In this document: positions 34,401 through 42,667 of the stretch, piece by piece
Layout: each line of letters starts with the position of its first letter
How positions within the stretch are numbered: the stretch's first letter is position 1
Source: Chloroflexota bacterium
GTDB taxonomy: Bacteria > Chloroflexota > Dormibacteria > Dormibacterales > Dormibacteraceae
Reading direction: 5' to 3'
NCBI GenBank assembly: GCA_005883585.1
Contig: VBFD01000109.1
Span: forward strand, 35,813-99,812
Length of the DNA: 64,000 nt
Program-made: the position numbers and the translations under genes
The notes under the pieces: model-generated
The model's input: the letters and a program-made list of their open reading frames with translations, nothing else
Databases searched by the model: none
What the model was told of the DNA's origin: nothing

Positions 34401-35012
34401 CGAGCGCACCGCCTGCTCGATCAAGAAGTGGAAGTCGATGGCGAGCGCCTGGAGGCGCGTGAACCACGAGTAACCCTCGTCGAGATGGCCCCAGCGAGCC
34501 TGCGCGAAGCCAATACGCGCGTCGTCGAAAACGCCTACGGTGCGGCGCAGAAAATCGGACAGGGGCACGAAGTCGGCGTCGAAGATCGCGACGAACGGGG
34601 CGCTCGTGAGGGTCAGGCCGTGAGCGAGCGCGCCCGCCTTGAAACCCTCGCGGGTGCCGCGCCTGACGTGGGTGATGTTGATTCCTTTTTGCCGCCAGTG
34701 GGCGACGCGCCTGCTCGCGATGAACGATGTCTCGTCGTCCGAGTCGTCGAGGACCTGCACCTCGAACCGTTCCCGGGACCAATCCATCTCGCATACGGCA
34801 TCGATGACGCGTTCGGCGACGTAGCGTTCGTTGTAGATCGGGATCTGCACGCAGACGTCGTGCTCATCTCCGCTCGCGATCACGGCGCTAGGACCGTTGC
34901 GGATCCGGGTTGACCTCCAGGTCAGGAAGAGAAGGTTCAACCCGAAGCACAGGAGCGCGAAGCTGCTGGCGGCGAGGACGCCGAACGTGATCGCTGTGAT
35001 CGCCGCGATCAC
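31425..35012 (-). CDS. Tri-modular glycosyltransferase: processive GT2 (CesA/CslA-like) + large polytopic membrane module (GT-C/PMT_2-like?) + C-terminal beta-rich soluble domain
   Basis: 1195 aa. GT2 motifs VQIPIYNE, LDDSDDET, IFDADFVP, TEDLDLSYR and RRQQSRWATGS (QxxRW). Then roughly 12 or more hydrophobic helices from about aa 300 to 880, including EDGYGHWLIAANLD...LPGYHVLAAAVL. The last 300 aa or so are hydrophilic and beta-like with no motif I recognise. Confidence 0.75.
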   Translation of the reverse strand: MIAAITAITFGVLAASSFALLCFGLNLLFLTWRSTRIRNGPSAVIASGDEHDVCVQIPIYNERYVAERVIDAVCEMDWSRERFEVQVLDDSDDETSFIASRRVAHWRQKGINITHVRRGTREGFKAGALAHGLTLTSAPFVAIFDADFVPLSDFLRRTVGVFDDARIGFAQARWGHLDEGYSWFTRLQALAIDFHFLIEQAVRSDRGYFTNFTGTAGVWRRETIDDAGGWSAATLTEDLDLSYRAQLRGWRAAYIDDLVVPEELPVSIDAYRRQQSRWATGSFQSAFLLMGPVLRSSNRVAVKFQAAVHLVAYGVGPVMLLQLACYPFLLVIYSQSHVDVPWQLEDAFLLAIAVSASPWIGFMVAQTRRGRPWWAGVPAVLCQLVGAGMSFNALLALGRATRRGGEFVRTPKYRIVERGQEWRDQAYVRVGDPKTAVEAVLGLSALAIVPVALVASQYLVATYSSLFAAGFLTVAALSLADLLQVVTLRRMGRRALGRLRAAAPAAGLIGLCGLLLVVAAQMAEPFEDGYGHWLIAANLDSTGHLHDPLFGMEDTWLPGYHVLAAAVLRVFGLWQLGALKVLGAMLGLATLTCVYWIAPNVRQGRLAVILLALNPVFLFTSGSAVVEPLMTALLAGASLAAIKRKMRLAALLAALAAVTATKAWIWIGAAVGVLVLEQVVAGLRKRSAHSIPAAAWAVPALALLVVLQFGYLPATHSLARGSTEVLSAAARGSVAATGIARLVQLATSYGLAALPLFALGIVGLVGAIRRPETAGGPAVIRFLHVPALVYLTTVFALVGAGAYTGSHRYLYPALPSLALLAAAALDRQPAVARVGAAAAGALLAVAFLPVFFNFAAGNNGLIAAGHAAAGQNGMLITDSPVVAYYSHRQPAEIAGSQVLPPDRRLAVSWMSANGVNALVLEGISYYRATSLFPDLASGHASPPFGPLGEQAHYQVAGGKPVFAYRFGSELQTQSIYPGVAACIEGDTGTGKTAFLAKGVVLEVAGVEVAGEGMGLGVPIVHYADGWVYSRTAKTDDIPTLTTTTWKRTYTLDEIGGDAAHAYAFDPIESRGQIEVTYTVDAIGIRVAVKVLSLAPGFTEVGVLNEQSAAFNDFAADKSPTLVDRNFGNWVPVTGAWARLQSKSLGVQYWLPFIAGAQMHGGRELVPPDFNWAGLDYVFGPSFTGTSYVILVQAAR

Positions 35013-35926
35013 GATGCGTCTGCCTCATCGAAGAGCGTGTAAGGCCGCATGGTTGCCCGCACGTATGCGACCCGCGCAAGCGCTTCGGGCTTGCCGCGTC
35101 GTGTCCACTGCATGTAACGCCATGCGGCATTGCCGACGCGGCGTGCGGCGCCGTCGAGCCCGGCCGGAAACAGCCACTGTGGTACGCGCGGGCGCGCTCC
35201 GGAATCGATGACCTGCATGTTCGAGCCGTACCCGAGCTGCGGAAAGTGATCGAGGAGCGCCTGGTTGGCGTCCAGCACCTCGTCGAAGACGTCGAGGCCG
35301 AACACCGGCCGCGACATCAGAAGCTCGAACGCCATGTCCTCGTCCTGACGCACGAGCGGATGGCACTGCGAGCTTTCGAGGATCAGGTTGGCCGTCATCA
35401 GGCGGGGCGCAAGAGGGCGCCGCGTCAGGTCGTCGACCGGCTTGGAACGGTGACGCATTGCATGGAGCAAGCCGAGGACGTTGACCGCCACGTATGCGAG
35501 GTGGCGCCGGCCGTCGTCGACGATGAGGTTCAAATCGACATCGTCGGAAGCGCGGAAACCGCCGCTTGCCAGCGAACCGGCGATGGAGACGCTGCGGATG
35601 AAGGGCGCGAAAGCAACGAGCGCCCGCACGAAGCGCAGGGTCATAGCCAGGTAGCTCGGCGCGTCGGAAGCGTGATCGGCGGCGCGCGAGCGGATATCAC
35701 CGGCGCGGGGTCCGTCAGACGGTTGCAAAACCAGGTCGTGGGCGAACGAGAGCTCAGCCGAAGCTGCCACCGCCCACCGCACCTCGGATTCGGACACGGG
35801 CCCGCCAAGGCACAGGCTGCCCAGGCGTTCCGGACCGAGGGCGAATCCGCGCCGAGACAGCAGAGCGACGGTCCTGCGGACACGCTCTGACGTCGACGAG
35901 GTCTGGGCAGGAGAATGGCCGATCAC
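35009..35926 (-). CDS. Nucleotidyltransferase-fold (Pol-beta superfamily) protein, first gene of the operon
   Basis: 305 aa. SIAGSLASGGFRASDDVDLNLIVDD matches the GS-x(9-10)-D-x-D signature. GTG 35926 with GGAGG 8 nt upstream. The stop overlaps the GT2 start (GTGA). Confidence 0.55.
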   Translation of the reverse strand: MIGHSPAQTSSTSERVRRTVALLSRRGFALGPERLGSLCLGGPVSESEVRWAVAASAELSFAHDLVLQPSDGPRAGDIRSRAADHASDAPSYLAMTLRFVRALVAFAPFIRSVSIAGSLASGGFRASDDVDLNLIVDDGRRHLAYVAVNVLGLLHAMRHRSKPVDDLTRRPLAPRLMTANLILESSQCHPLVRQDEDMAFELLMSRPVFGLDVFDEVLDANQALLDHFPQLGYGSNMQVIDSGARPRVPQWLFPAGLDGAARRVGNAAWRYMQWTRRGKPEALARVAYVRATMRPYTLFDEADAS

Positions 35927-36036
35927 CGCAGCGCCTCCAAGAGTCCTGACGGCTCCTAGGCCGATACGACCCCGGGTTACGTGCTACCCCGTACCATCAT
36001 CTTCTCTGAACCGCCCGTTTCATTTCAGGAGCCCAT

Positions 36037-37671
36037 ATGACCGCTGATGGACACTTCAAGGTCCCAACTCCCGTCAACGAGCCGGTTCGCGCCTACGCGC
36101 CCGGCGATCCGCACCGCACGAGCCTCAAAGCCCGGCTTGCCGAGCTGACCGACGCCCGCACCGAGGTCCCGATGCAGATCGGGGGCGAGCGCCGGTGGGG
36201 CTCATCGAGAGCAGACATCCGTTCGCCGCATCGACACGAGCTGGCCATAGCCGAATACGCCGTCGGAGGCAAAAAGGATTTTGACGACGCCGTCACGGCC
36301 GCGCTCGAGGCGCGACGCGGGTGGGCAGCCACCTCGTTCAACGACCGTGCCGCGGTCCTGTTGAGGGCGGCCTCGCTCCTGGCGGGCCCATGGCGCGACA
36401 CGATCAACGCGGCCACGATGCTGGGCCAGTCGAAGACGGTGCACCAGGCGGAGATCGATGCGGCCTGTGAGTCCGTCGATTTCTGGCGCTACAACGCGTT
36501 CTTCGCCGACCAGCTGCTGGGCCAGCAGCCGTTCAACGACGGCACCGCGTGGAACCGCCTCGAATACCGGCCGCTCGAAGGCTTCATCTTCGCCGTGAGC
36601 CCGTTCAACTTCACTTCGATCGCTGCCAACCTTCCGACCGCAGCCGCGCTCATGGGCAACACGGTCGTTTTCAAGCCCGCGACGCAGACCCTGCTCGTCA
36701 ACCACTTCCTCGTGGAATTGCTCAACGAAGCCGGCCTTCCGCCCGGCGTCATCAACATGGTGAGCGGCAGCGCGCAAGCGATCTCCGAGCAGGTCCTTGC
36801 GCACAAGGAGCTCGCGGGCATCCATTTCACGGGGTCCACCGAGGTGTTCCAGGGCATGTGGCGAACGGTCGGCCAGAACGTCGATCACTACCGCACGTAC
36901 CCCCGGCTTGTCGGCGAGACCGGTGGCAAAGACTTCGTGGTCGCCCACGAGTCGGCCGACTCAGATGCGCTGCGCACCGCGCTCATTCGCGGGGCGTTCG
37001 AGTACCAGGGCCAGAAATGCTCGGCAGCCTCTCGCGCCTACATCCCGCAATCGATGTGGAAGCGCTTACGGTCTGAGATGGCGGATGAGGTCGACGCCAT
37101 CCCTCAGGGGGACGTAGCCGACTTCCGCAACTTCATGGGCGCGGTGATCGATGGCAAGGCCTATGCCAAGCACATGGACGCGATCGAGTTCGCACGCAAG
37201 TCCGAGACCGCGAAGGTGGTCGCGGGCGGCAAGGGTGATGACAAGGTGGGCTGGTTCGTGAGGCCGACGGTCATCGAGACCACGGATCCCGACTTCAAGC
37301 TCCTGAAAGAGGAGTTGTTCGGACCCGTCCTGACGGTGTATCCGTACGCCGACGGGAAATTCGAGGACACACTCCAGCTCGTCGACCGCACGAGCCCTTA
37401 CGGGCTCACCGGGGCCATCTTCGCGCGCGACCGGCAGGCGATCCGCAAGGCGTCCGAGACTCTGGTCAACGCCGCGGGCAACTTCTACATAAACGACAAG
37501 CCGACCGGCGCGGTGGTCGGCCTGCAGCCGTTTGGCGGCGCGCGTGCTTCAGGCACCAACGACAAGGCGGGGTCGATCCTCAACCTCATCCGCTGGACCA
37601 GCCCGCGCGTGATCAAGGAGACATACGTCCCGCCCACCGACCACCGCTATCCGTTCATGGACGCGGAGTAA
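36037..37671 (+). CDS. pruA: L-glutamate gamma-semialdehyde (1-pyrroline-5-carboxylate) dehydrogenase
   Basis: 544 aa. FKVPTPVNEPVRAYAPG at the N-terminus. Aldehyde dehydrogenase motifs GETGGKDF and FEYQGQKCSAASR (catalytic Cys). SD AGGAG precedes the ATG. Confidence 0.85.
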   Translation: MTADGHFKVPTPVNEPVRAYAPGDPHRTSLKARLAELTDARTEVPMQIGGERRWGSSRADIRSPHRHELAIAEYAVGGKKDFDDAVTAALEARRGWAATSFNDRAAVLLRAASLLAGPWRDTINAATMLGQSKTVHQAEIDAACESVDFWRYNAFFADQLLGQQPFNDGTAWNRLEYRPLEGFIFAVSPFNFTSIAANLPTAAALMGNTVVFKPATQTLLVNHFLVELLNEAGLPPGVINMVSGSAQAISEQVLAHKELAGIHFTGSTEVFQGMWRTVGQNVDHYRTYPRLVGETGGKDFVVAHESADSDALRTALIRGAFEYQGQKCSAASRAYIPQSMWKRLRSEMADEVDAIPQGDVADFRNFMGAVIDGKAYAKHMDAIEFARKSETAKVVAGGKGDDKVGWFVRPTVIETTDPDFKLLKEELFGPVLTVYPYADGKFEDTLQLVDRTSPYGLTGAIFARDRQAIRKASETLVNAAGNFYINDKPTGAVVGLQPFGGARASGTNDKAGSILNLIRWTSPRVIKETYVPPTDHRYPFMDAE

Positions 37672-37705
37672 ACCTCCGGGAACCGATGACGAGACGGTCC
37701 CGGCC

Positions 37706-38464
37706 GTGACCGTTCGGTACGAACCCGACGGCCCGGTGGTGGTCGTGACCATCGACCGGCCTCACGTGCGCAACGCGGTCGACCCGGCCACGGCGGGACT
37801 GCTGGTCGATTGCTTCGAGCGCTTCGCCGCGGACGACGGCCTGGCGGTGGCCGTCCTCACCGGCGCCGACGGCAACTTCTGCTCAGGTTTCGACCTGAAG
37901 GCGCTGGCGCGCGGCGAGGGTAACCGCCTGGATGAGACGGGCCCCGGTCCGATGGGCCCGACACGCATGGCCCTCGACAAGCCGGTCATCGCCGCGATCG
38001 AGGGCTACGCCGTCGCCGGTGGCCTGGAGCTGGCGCTGTGGTGCGACCTCAGGGTCGCCGGCAGGGATGCGACCCTGGGTGTCTTCAACCGGCGCTTCGG
38101 CGTCCCGCTCATCGACCTCGGCAGCATCCGCTTGCCCCGCATGATCGGCGAGGGCAGGGCGATGGACCTGGTGCTGACAGGCCGCGCGGTGAATGCGGTC
38201 GAAGCCCTTGGTATCGGCCTCGTGGAGAGGCTGGCGCCGCCGGGCACCGCGCTCGTGGAGGCGGTGGCGCTGGCGCGAAGGCTGGCCGAGTTTCCGCAAG
38301 GAGCACTTCGCGCCGATCGCCGCAGCGTGTTGGCGCAATGGTCATTGTCGATGGATGAGGCGATGCGAGCTGAGTACCGCGGGGGCATCGACGTGGTCCG
38401 CTCGGGTGAGCCTCAAGCAGGCGCCCAGCGCTTCAGCGAAGGCGCCGGCCGCCATGGCGAGTAG
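37706..38464 (+). CDS. Enoyl-CoA hydratase/isomerase (crotonase) family protein
   Basis: VVVVTIDRPHVRNAV, FCSGFDLKA and IAAIEGYAVAGGLELALWCDLRVA. Confidence 0.85.
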   Translation: MTVRYEPDGPVVVVTIDRPHVRNAVDPATAGLLVDCFERFAADDGLAVAVLTGADGNFCSGFDLKALARGEGNRLDETGPGPMGPTRMALDKPVIAAIEGYAVAGGLELALWCDLRVAGRDATLGVFNRRFGVPLIDLGSIRLPRMIGEGRAMDLVLTGRAVNAVEALGIGLVERLAPPGTALVEAVALARRLAEFPQGALRADRRSVLAQWSLSMDEAMRAEYRGGIDVVRSGEPQAGAQRFSEGAGRHGE

Positions 38465-38500
38465 CCGGCAGATGCCTCGCTGCTACAGTCAGGTCAAGGC

Positions 38501-39496
38501 ATGAACGGCAGCTCGGAGGCGGTAATCCAGGCCAGCGGCCTGGTCAAGCGATACGGCCAGGTGGAAGCCGTGCGCGGCATCGATCTCGAAGTCCGTCACG
38601 GCGAGATATTCGGCTTCCTCGGGCCAAACGGGGCCGGCAAGTCCACGACCATCTCGATCCTCTGCACACTGCTCACGCCCTCGGCCGGCACCGCGAAGGT
38701 TGCTGGCATCGACGTCGTCCAGGACCCGGCTCGGGTCCGCCAGCGAATCGGTCTCGTCTTCCAGGACCCATCGCTCGACGACGTGCTGACGGGCCGCGAG
38801 AACCTCGAGTTTCACGCGTGGATCTACAGCGTCCCGGCGAGCGAGCGGGGCAAGCGCATCGACGAGATGCTGGCTCTGCTCCAGCTCACCGATCGCGCCG
38901 GCTCGCAGGTGCGGACGTATTCGGGCGGCATGAAACGCCGTCTCGAGATCGCTCGGGGCATGCTCCACCAGCCGGAGATCCTGTTCCTGGACGAGCCCAC
39001 GCTCGGACTCGACCCGCAGACTCGGCAGAGCATCTGGACTCACCTCAACGAGCTGCGCGACCGGAAGGGCATCACGATCTTCATGACCACGCACTACATG
39101 GACGAGGCCGAATTCTGCGATCGCATCGCGATCATCGACCGCGGCAAGATCGTCGCCCTCGGCACGCCAGACGAGCTGAAGGCGATGGTCGGCGGCGACG
39201 TCGTGACCATCACGTCGAGCAAGTCGGACGATGCGGCCGCCGAGATCGAGAAGTTGCTCGGCGTCACGGCGATTCGCGACAACGGCAGCCTGCGGATGGA
39301 GGTTCCCGACGCCAAGGTCTTCGTTCCACGCCTTGTGCGCGAGCTGACGGCGCCGGTGGACACCGTTACGTTGCGGCGGCCGAGTCTCGATGACGTGTTC
39401 CTCAAGCTGACCGGTCACGCCATCCGCGATGAAGAAGCGGGCACCAAGGACCAGATGCGCGCGATGGCGAGCCGCTGGATGGGTCGCCGCCGATGA
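38501..39496 (+). CDS. ABC transporter ATP-binding protein (DrrA/ABC-2 type)
   Basis: Walker A GPNGAGKST, signature YSGGMKRRL, Walker B ILFLDEPTLGLD, and H-loop TTHYMDEA. Confidence 0.9.
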   Translation: MNGSSEAVIQASGLVKRYGQVEAVRGIDLEVRHGEIFGFLGPNGAGKSTTISILCTLLTPSAGTAKVAGIDVVQDPARVRQRIGLVFQDPSLDDVLTGRENLEFHAWIYSVPASERGKRIDEMLALLQLTDRAGSQVRTYSGGMKRRLEIARGMLHQPEILFLDEPTLGLDPQTRQSIWTHLNELRDRKGITIFMTTHYMDEAEFCDRIAIIDRGKIVALGTPDELKAMVGGDVVTITSSKSDDAAAEIEKLLGVTAIRDNGSLRMEVPDAKVFVPRLVRELTAPVDTVTLRRPSLDDVFLKLTGHAIRDEEAGTKDQMRAMASRWMGRRR

Positions 39497-40368
39497 GCAT
39501 CGCGGCAGCCGCATCCGTGGCTCCCGCCCTCGCGCCAGTGGACACGCGCATGGCCAGCCTGCGCGCGATCTACATCATCTGGTACCGAGACATACTCCGG
39601 TACTGGCGCGACCGCTGGCGGCTGGTGGCATCGCTCGCGCAGCCGCTGCTGTTCCTCGTCGTCTTCGGCGCAGGGCTCAGCTCATCTCTGGGCCGCGGCA
39701 CTGTGTTCGGAACCGCGGGCGGCTTCAGCTACATCCAGTTCATGTATCCGGGCATCATCGGGATGGCGATCCTCTTCACCGCCATCTTCGGCGCGATGTC
39801 GATCGTTTGGGACCGGGAGTTCGGTTTCCTCAAAGAGGTTCTGGTGGCGCCCATCGACCGATCCGCGGTGGCGATCGGCAAGGCGCTTGGCGGCACCACG
39901 CAAGCCATGATCCAGGGCCTGATCCTGCTCGTGCTCGCGCCGTTCGTGGGCGTCAAGCTCAGCTTTCTCACAATCGTCGAGCTGATCCCGCTGGCCGCGC
40001 TGCTCGCGTTCGGTCTTTCATCGTTCGGCGTCGCCCTTGCGTCGACGATGAAGTCACTGCAGGGTTTCCAGGTCGTGATGAACTTCCTGATGATGCCCAT
40101 GTTCTTCCTGTCAGGCGCTTTGTTTCCCCTGACCAACCTGCCGGGTTGGATGACGTGGCTGACTCGACTTGACCCAGCTTCGTATGGGATCGATCCGCTG
40201 CGACGGGTCGTGCTCTCGGACTCAGGCCGATCCAGTGCGCTGGTCGAGCGATTCGCGCTGACGATCAATGGCCAGGTGCTCCCCATCCCGCTGGAGGCCG
40301 GCATCGTGCTCGCCTTCGGCGCGGTGATGCTCGGCATCGCCGTCGTCATGTTTCAGCGCCGCGATTGA
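39493..40368 (+). CDS. ABC-2 type transporter permease
   Basis: 291 aa with 6 predicted TM segments. ATGA overlap with the ATPase gene. Confidence 0.8.
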   Translation: MSIAAAASVAPALAPVDTRMASLRAIYIIWYRDILRYWRDRWRLVASLAQPLLFLVVFGAGLSSSLGRGTVFGTAGGFSYIQFMYPGIIGMAILFTAIFGAMSIVWDREFGFLKEVLVAPIDRSAVAIGKALGGTTQAMIQGLILLVLAPFVGVKLSFLTIVELIPLAALLAFGLSSFGVALASTMKSLQGFQVVMNFLMMPMFFLSGALFPLTNLPGWMTWLTRLDPASYGIDPLRRVVLSDSGRSSALVERFALTINGQVLPIPLEAGIVLAFGAVMLGIAVVMFQRRD

Positions 40369-41460
40369 GAGGAGCACCAGAGCTGCGATCTCGCCCGCGA
40401 TGAAGGGAATCGGGCCCCATTCCGTGATCCCCTCGATGGCGATGAAGACTGCGAGCACAAACGCCCAGGACCATGGGGGTCGCTCTGGAATGCGGAGGTA
40501 CAGCCACCCCGCGAGACCGAGCATGACGAGGTCGTCGATGTGGAGATATGGGCTCGCAAGTAATCCACCGACGATCGCGACGACGTAAATCCACTCGGCG
40601 GGTCGCTTGCGAAAGCGCACTGAATAGAAGAGGGCCAGCGCCCAGATCGCGATTGCCGCCTGCACGACTCGGGTGACGGCGAGGTCTCCGATGTATGGCG
40701 CCAGCGTCAGCTCGCGGTTGACCGCCACGCTCGCGGCGAAGCTCAACCTCTGCTCGTAGGCCGAGATGCCAGCGGGTCCGATGTTGACGGCAGAGGCAAG
40801 CGCGAGCAGCCCGATCGCCACGACCGCACCCGCGAATGCGCGATACCGCCCCGCGACGACCAGCGCGATGGGCAGCATGAAACCGAGCTGCGGTTTGAGC
40901 ACGATGACGCCCAGGGCGAGGCCGGACAGGAACGGGCGCCCCGATCGCAGCAGGCCGTAGGAGCCGGCCGCGCCGAGTGCGACGAAGATGCCGGGTTGGC
41001 CGAGCTGCAGACCGTAGATGACAGGCACCCAGCCCACCGCTGCCACCAGGTGGAGGAGCCGCAGGCGACCTGCTCCTGGTGCCGCGAGGTACCAGGTCCC
41101 CGCCAGGGCGACCAGCAGCAGTGCGCTCCACAGCCAGTAAGCGACCGGGTACGGAAGCAGGGTGAAGGGAAGCGCCAGCCACGCCACTGGCGGCGGGCTG
41201 ATGTATCGCGCCAGCTGCGCGACGCCGATGCCAGATCCCAGGGCGTTTAGCTCCGCTTGCTGCAAGCCGAGGTCGTAGATGGATTGCCAGCCGTGCGTGG
41301 TGCCGATCCGCGCGGCGGCGTAATAGAAGGTGAAATCGTTGTGGAAGTGATCGGAGGCATAAGCGGCCAGCCACTGATAGACGTCGAAGGCGGCGAACAG
41401 CGCAGCCGCGCAGGCTCCGGCCGCGATGCCCAGGTTGCGCCAGCGCCTCATGCCGGTCAT
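40222..41460 (-). CDS. Polytopic membrane glycosyltransferase, GT87/DUF2029-like (mannosyltransferase family)
   Basis: 412 aa, about 10 TM. N-terminal HFHNDFTFYYAAARIG motif region typical of DUF2029 as I recall it. The last 49 codons or so are antisense to the ABC permease 3' end and look non-native. Confidence 0.5.
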   Translation of the reverse strand: MTGMRRWRNLGIAAGACAAALFAAFDVYQWLAAYASDHFHNDFTFYYAAARIGTTHGWQSIYDLGLQQAELNALGSGIGVAQLARYISPPPVAWLALPFTLLPYPVAYWLWSALLLVALAGTWYLAAPGAGRLRLLHLVAAVGWVPVIYGLQLGQPGIFVALGAAGSYGLLRSGRPFLSGLALGVIVLKPQLGFMLPIALVVAGRYRAFAGAVVAIGLLALASAVNIGPAGISAYEQRLSFAASVAVNRELTLAPYIGDLAVTRVVQAAIAIWALALFYSVRFRKRPAEWIYVVAIVGGLLASPYLHIDDLVMLGLAGWLYLRIPERPPWSWAFVLAVFIAIEGITEWGPIPFIAGEIAALVLLSIAALKHDDGDAEHHRAEGEHDAGLQRDGEHLAIDRQRESLDQRTGSA

Positions 41461-41503
41461 CGATCGCGATCGTAGCCGCCGGTTCCCCTACCTTGATGGG
41501 GTT

Positions 41504-42040
41504 ATGGCGTCACCCGGCTTCGAGCCACGTGTGCTGGAGCTCACCGACGGGACAAAGGTCCACGTCCGGCCGATCGTCCCGGAGGACGAGCCACTGCTGA
41601 TCGACGCGGTGGCCGCGATGTCGGAACGGACCGTGTACTTCCGGTTCTTCTCACCCTTGAAGCGTCTTCCGGACGCGCTAGCCCACCGCCTGGCGGTCGT
41701 CGACTACAACGACCGCTTTGCGATCGTCGGCACCACGCACAAACCCGGAGGCAAGCAGCGAATCGTCGGCGTCGCTCGCTATGACCGCGCCGCCGAGACC
41801 GACGTGGCCGAGACGGCGGTCGCGGTGGTGGACGAGTTCCAGCGGCGCGGACTGGGAAGCGCGCTGCTCACCATCCTGGGGAAGGTCGCGCGCGAGCATG
41901 GAATCAAGACATTCACCCTGATCGTGCTGCCCGAGAATCAGCAGATGCTGGGACTGCTGCGCAAGATGGGTTGGATCCATCACGCCAAGCTGACCGGCGG
42001 CGTCTACGAGATCAGCTTCGATCTACCAGAGGAACCGTAG
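41504..42040 (+). CDS. GNAT-family N-acetyltransferase
   Basis: VHVRPIVPEDEPLL...YFRFFS...VAVVDEFQRRGLGSALL (acetyl-CoA Q/RxxGxG/A motif). ATG 41504 lies inside ORF 41426..42040. Confidence 0.75.
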   Translation: MASPGFEPRVLELTDGTKVHVRPIVPEDEPLLIDAVAAMSERTVYFRFFSPLKRLPDALAHRLAVVDYNDRFAIVGTTHKPGGKQRIVGVARYDRAAETDVAETAVAVVDEFQRRGLGSALLTILGKVAREHGIKTFTLIVLPENQQMLGLLRKMGWIHHAKLTGGVYEISFDLPEEP

Positions 42041-42042
42041 GC

Positions 42043-42666
42043 GTGGACACACAGCTCCTGGCGTTCATCGGTGTCTCGGTCCTGCTCGCGGTGACGCCGG
42101 GGCCGGACATGGCGGTGGTGACCAAGAATGCCCTGGCGCACGGCCGCCGAGGCGTCTTGCTGACGACCACCGGTATCGCGCTCGCGCTGTCGATCTGGGT
42201 GACCGCCACCGCCGTCGGCTTGTCCGCGGTGCTGAGAGCATCGGGCGAGCTGCTGTTCGCGCTGAAGCTTGCCGGCGCTGTGTACCTCGCCTATCTCGGC
42301 GTGCGCACGCTGCTCGACTCGCGGCGGCGGCCCGCCGACCTGTTGGCAGATGCGCCGCCGCCGGCGCCCGCTCATGCCATCTTTCGCCAGGGCTTTCTAT
42401 CGGCGATCTCAAACCCCAAGCTCGGCGTGTTCTTCGTGACCTTTCTGCCGCAGTTCGTGGCGCCCGGTCAAGTGCTGCTGCCGCGATTGTTCGAGCTGGG
42501 CTTGATCTTCGCCGTCATCGGCTGGACGTGGATGAACTTGTACGGCCTGTTCATCACGCGGATGCGCGACTTCATCACGGCGCCAAGGGTCCGGCAATGG
42601 ATGCAGCGTGTGACCGGTGTCGTGCTGTTGGGTTTTGGAGCGCGCCTGGCCCTAGAGCGGGTCTAG
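42043..42666 (+). CDS. LysE/RhtB-family amino-acid exporter
   Basis: LLAFIGVSVLLAVTPGPDMAVVTKNAL...ISNPKLGVFFVTFLPQFV. GTG 42043 lies 2 nt after the GNAT stop. Confidence 0.75.
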   Translation: MDTQLLAFIGVSVLLAVTPGPDMAVVTKNALAHGRRGVLLTTTGIALALSIWVTATAVGLSAVLRASGELLFALKLAGAVYLAYLGVRTLLDSRRRPADLLADAPPPAPAHAIFRQGFLSAISNPKLGVFFVTFLPQFVAPGQVLLPRLFELGLIFAVIGWTWMNLYGLFITRMRDFITAPRVRQWMQRVTGVVLLGFGARLALERV

Positions 42667-42667
42667 C

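Noticed and set aside
30091-35012. GT2 next to a B12-radical-SAM enzyme, reminiscent of hopanoid hpnI-hpnJ
   Set aside because: There is no squalene-hopene cyclase, hpnH, hpnK or other hopanoid gene in the window. The GT2 also has the processive QxxRW synthase signature and a 1195-aa fused architecture unlike HpnI. This remains unverified without a search.
38489-39514. 341-aa minus-strand ORF
   Set aside because: Antisense to the ABC ATPase, which has Walker A, signature and Walker B motifs on the + strand.
40346-41374. 342-aa minus ORF in another frame of the GT87-like gene
   Set aside because: It is Arg/Pro-rich and out of frame. The 412-aa frame is strongly hydrophobic and helical.
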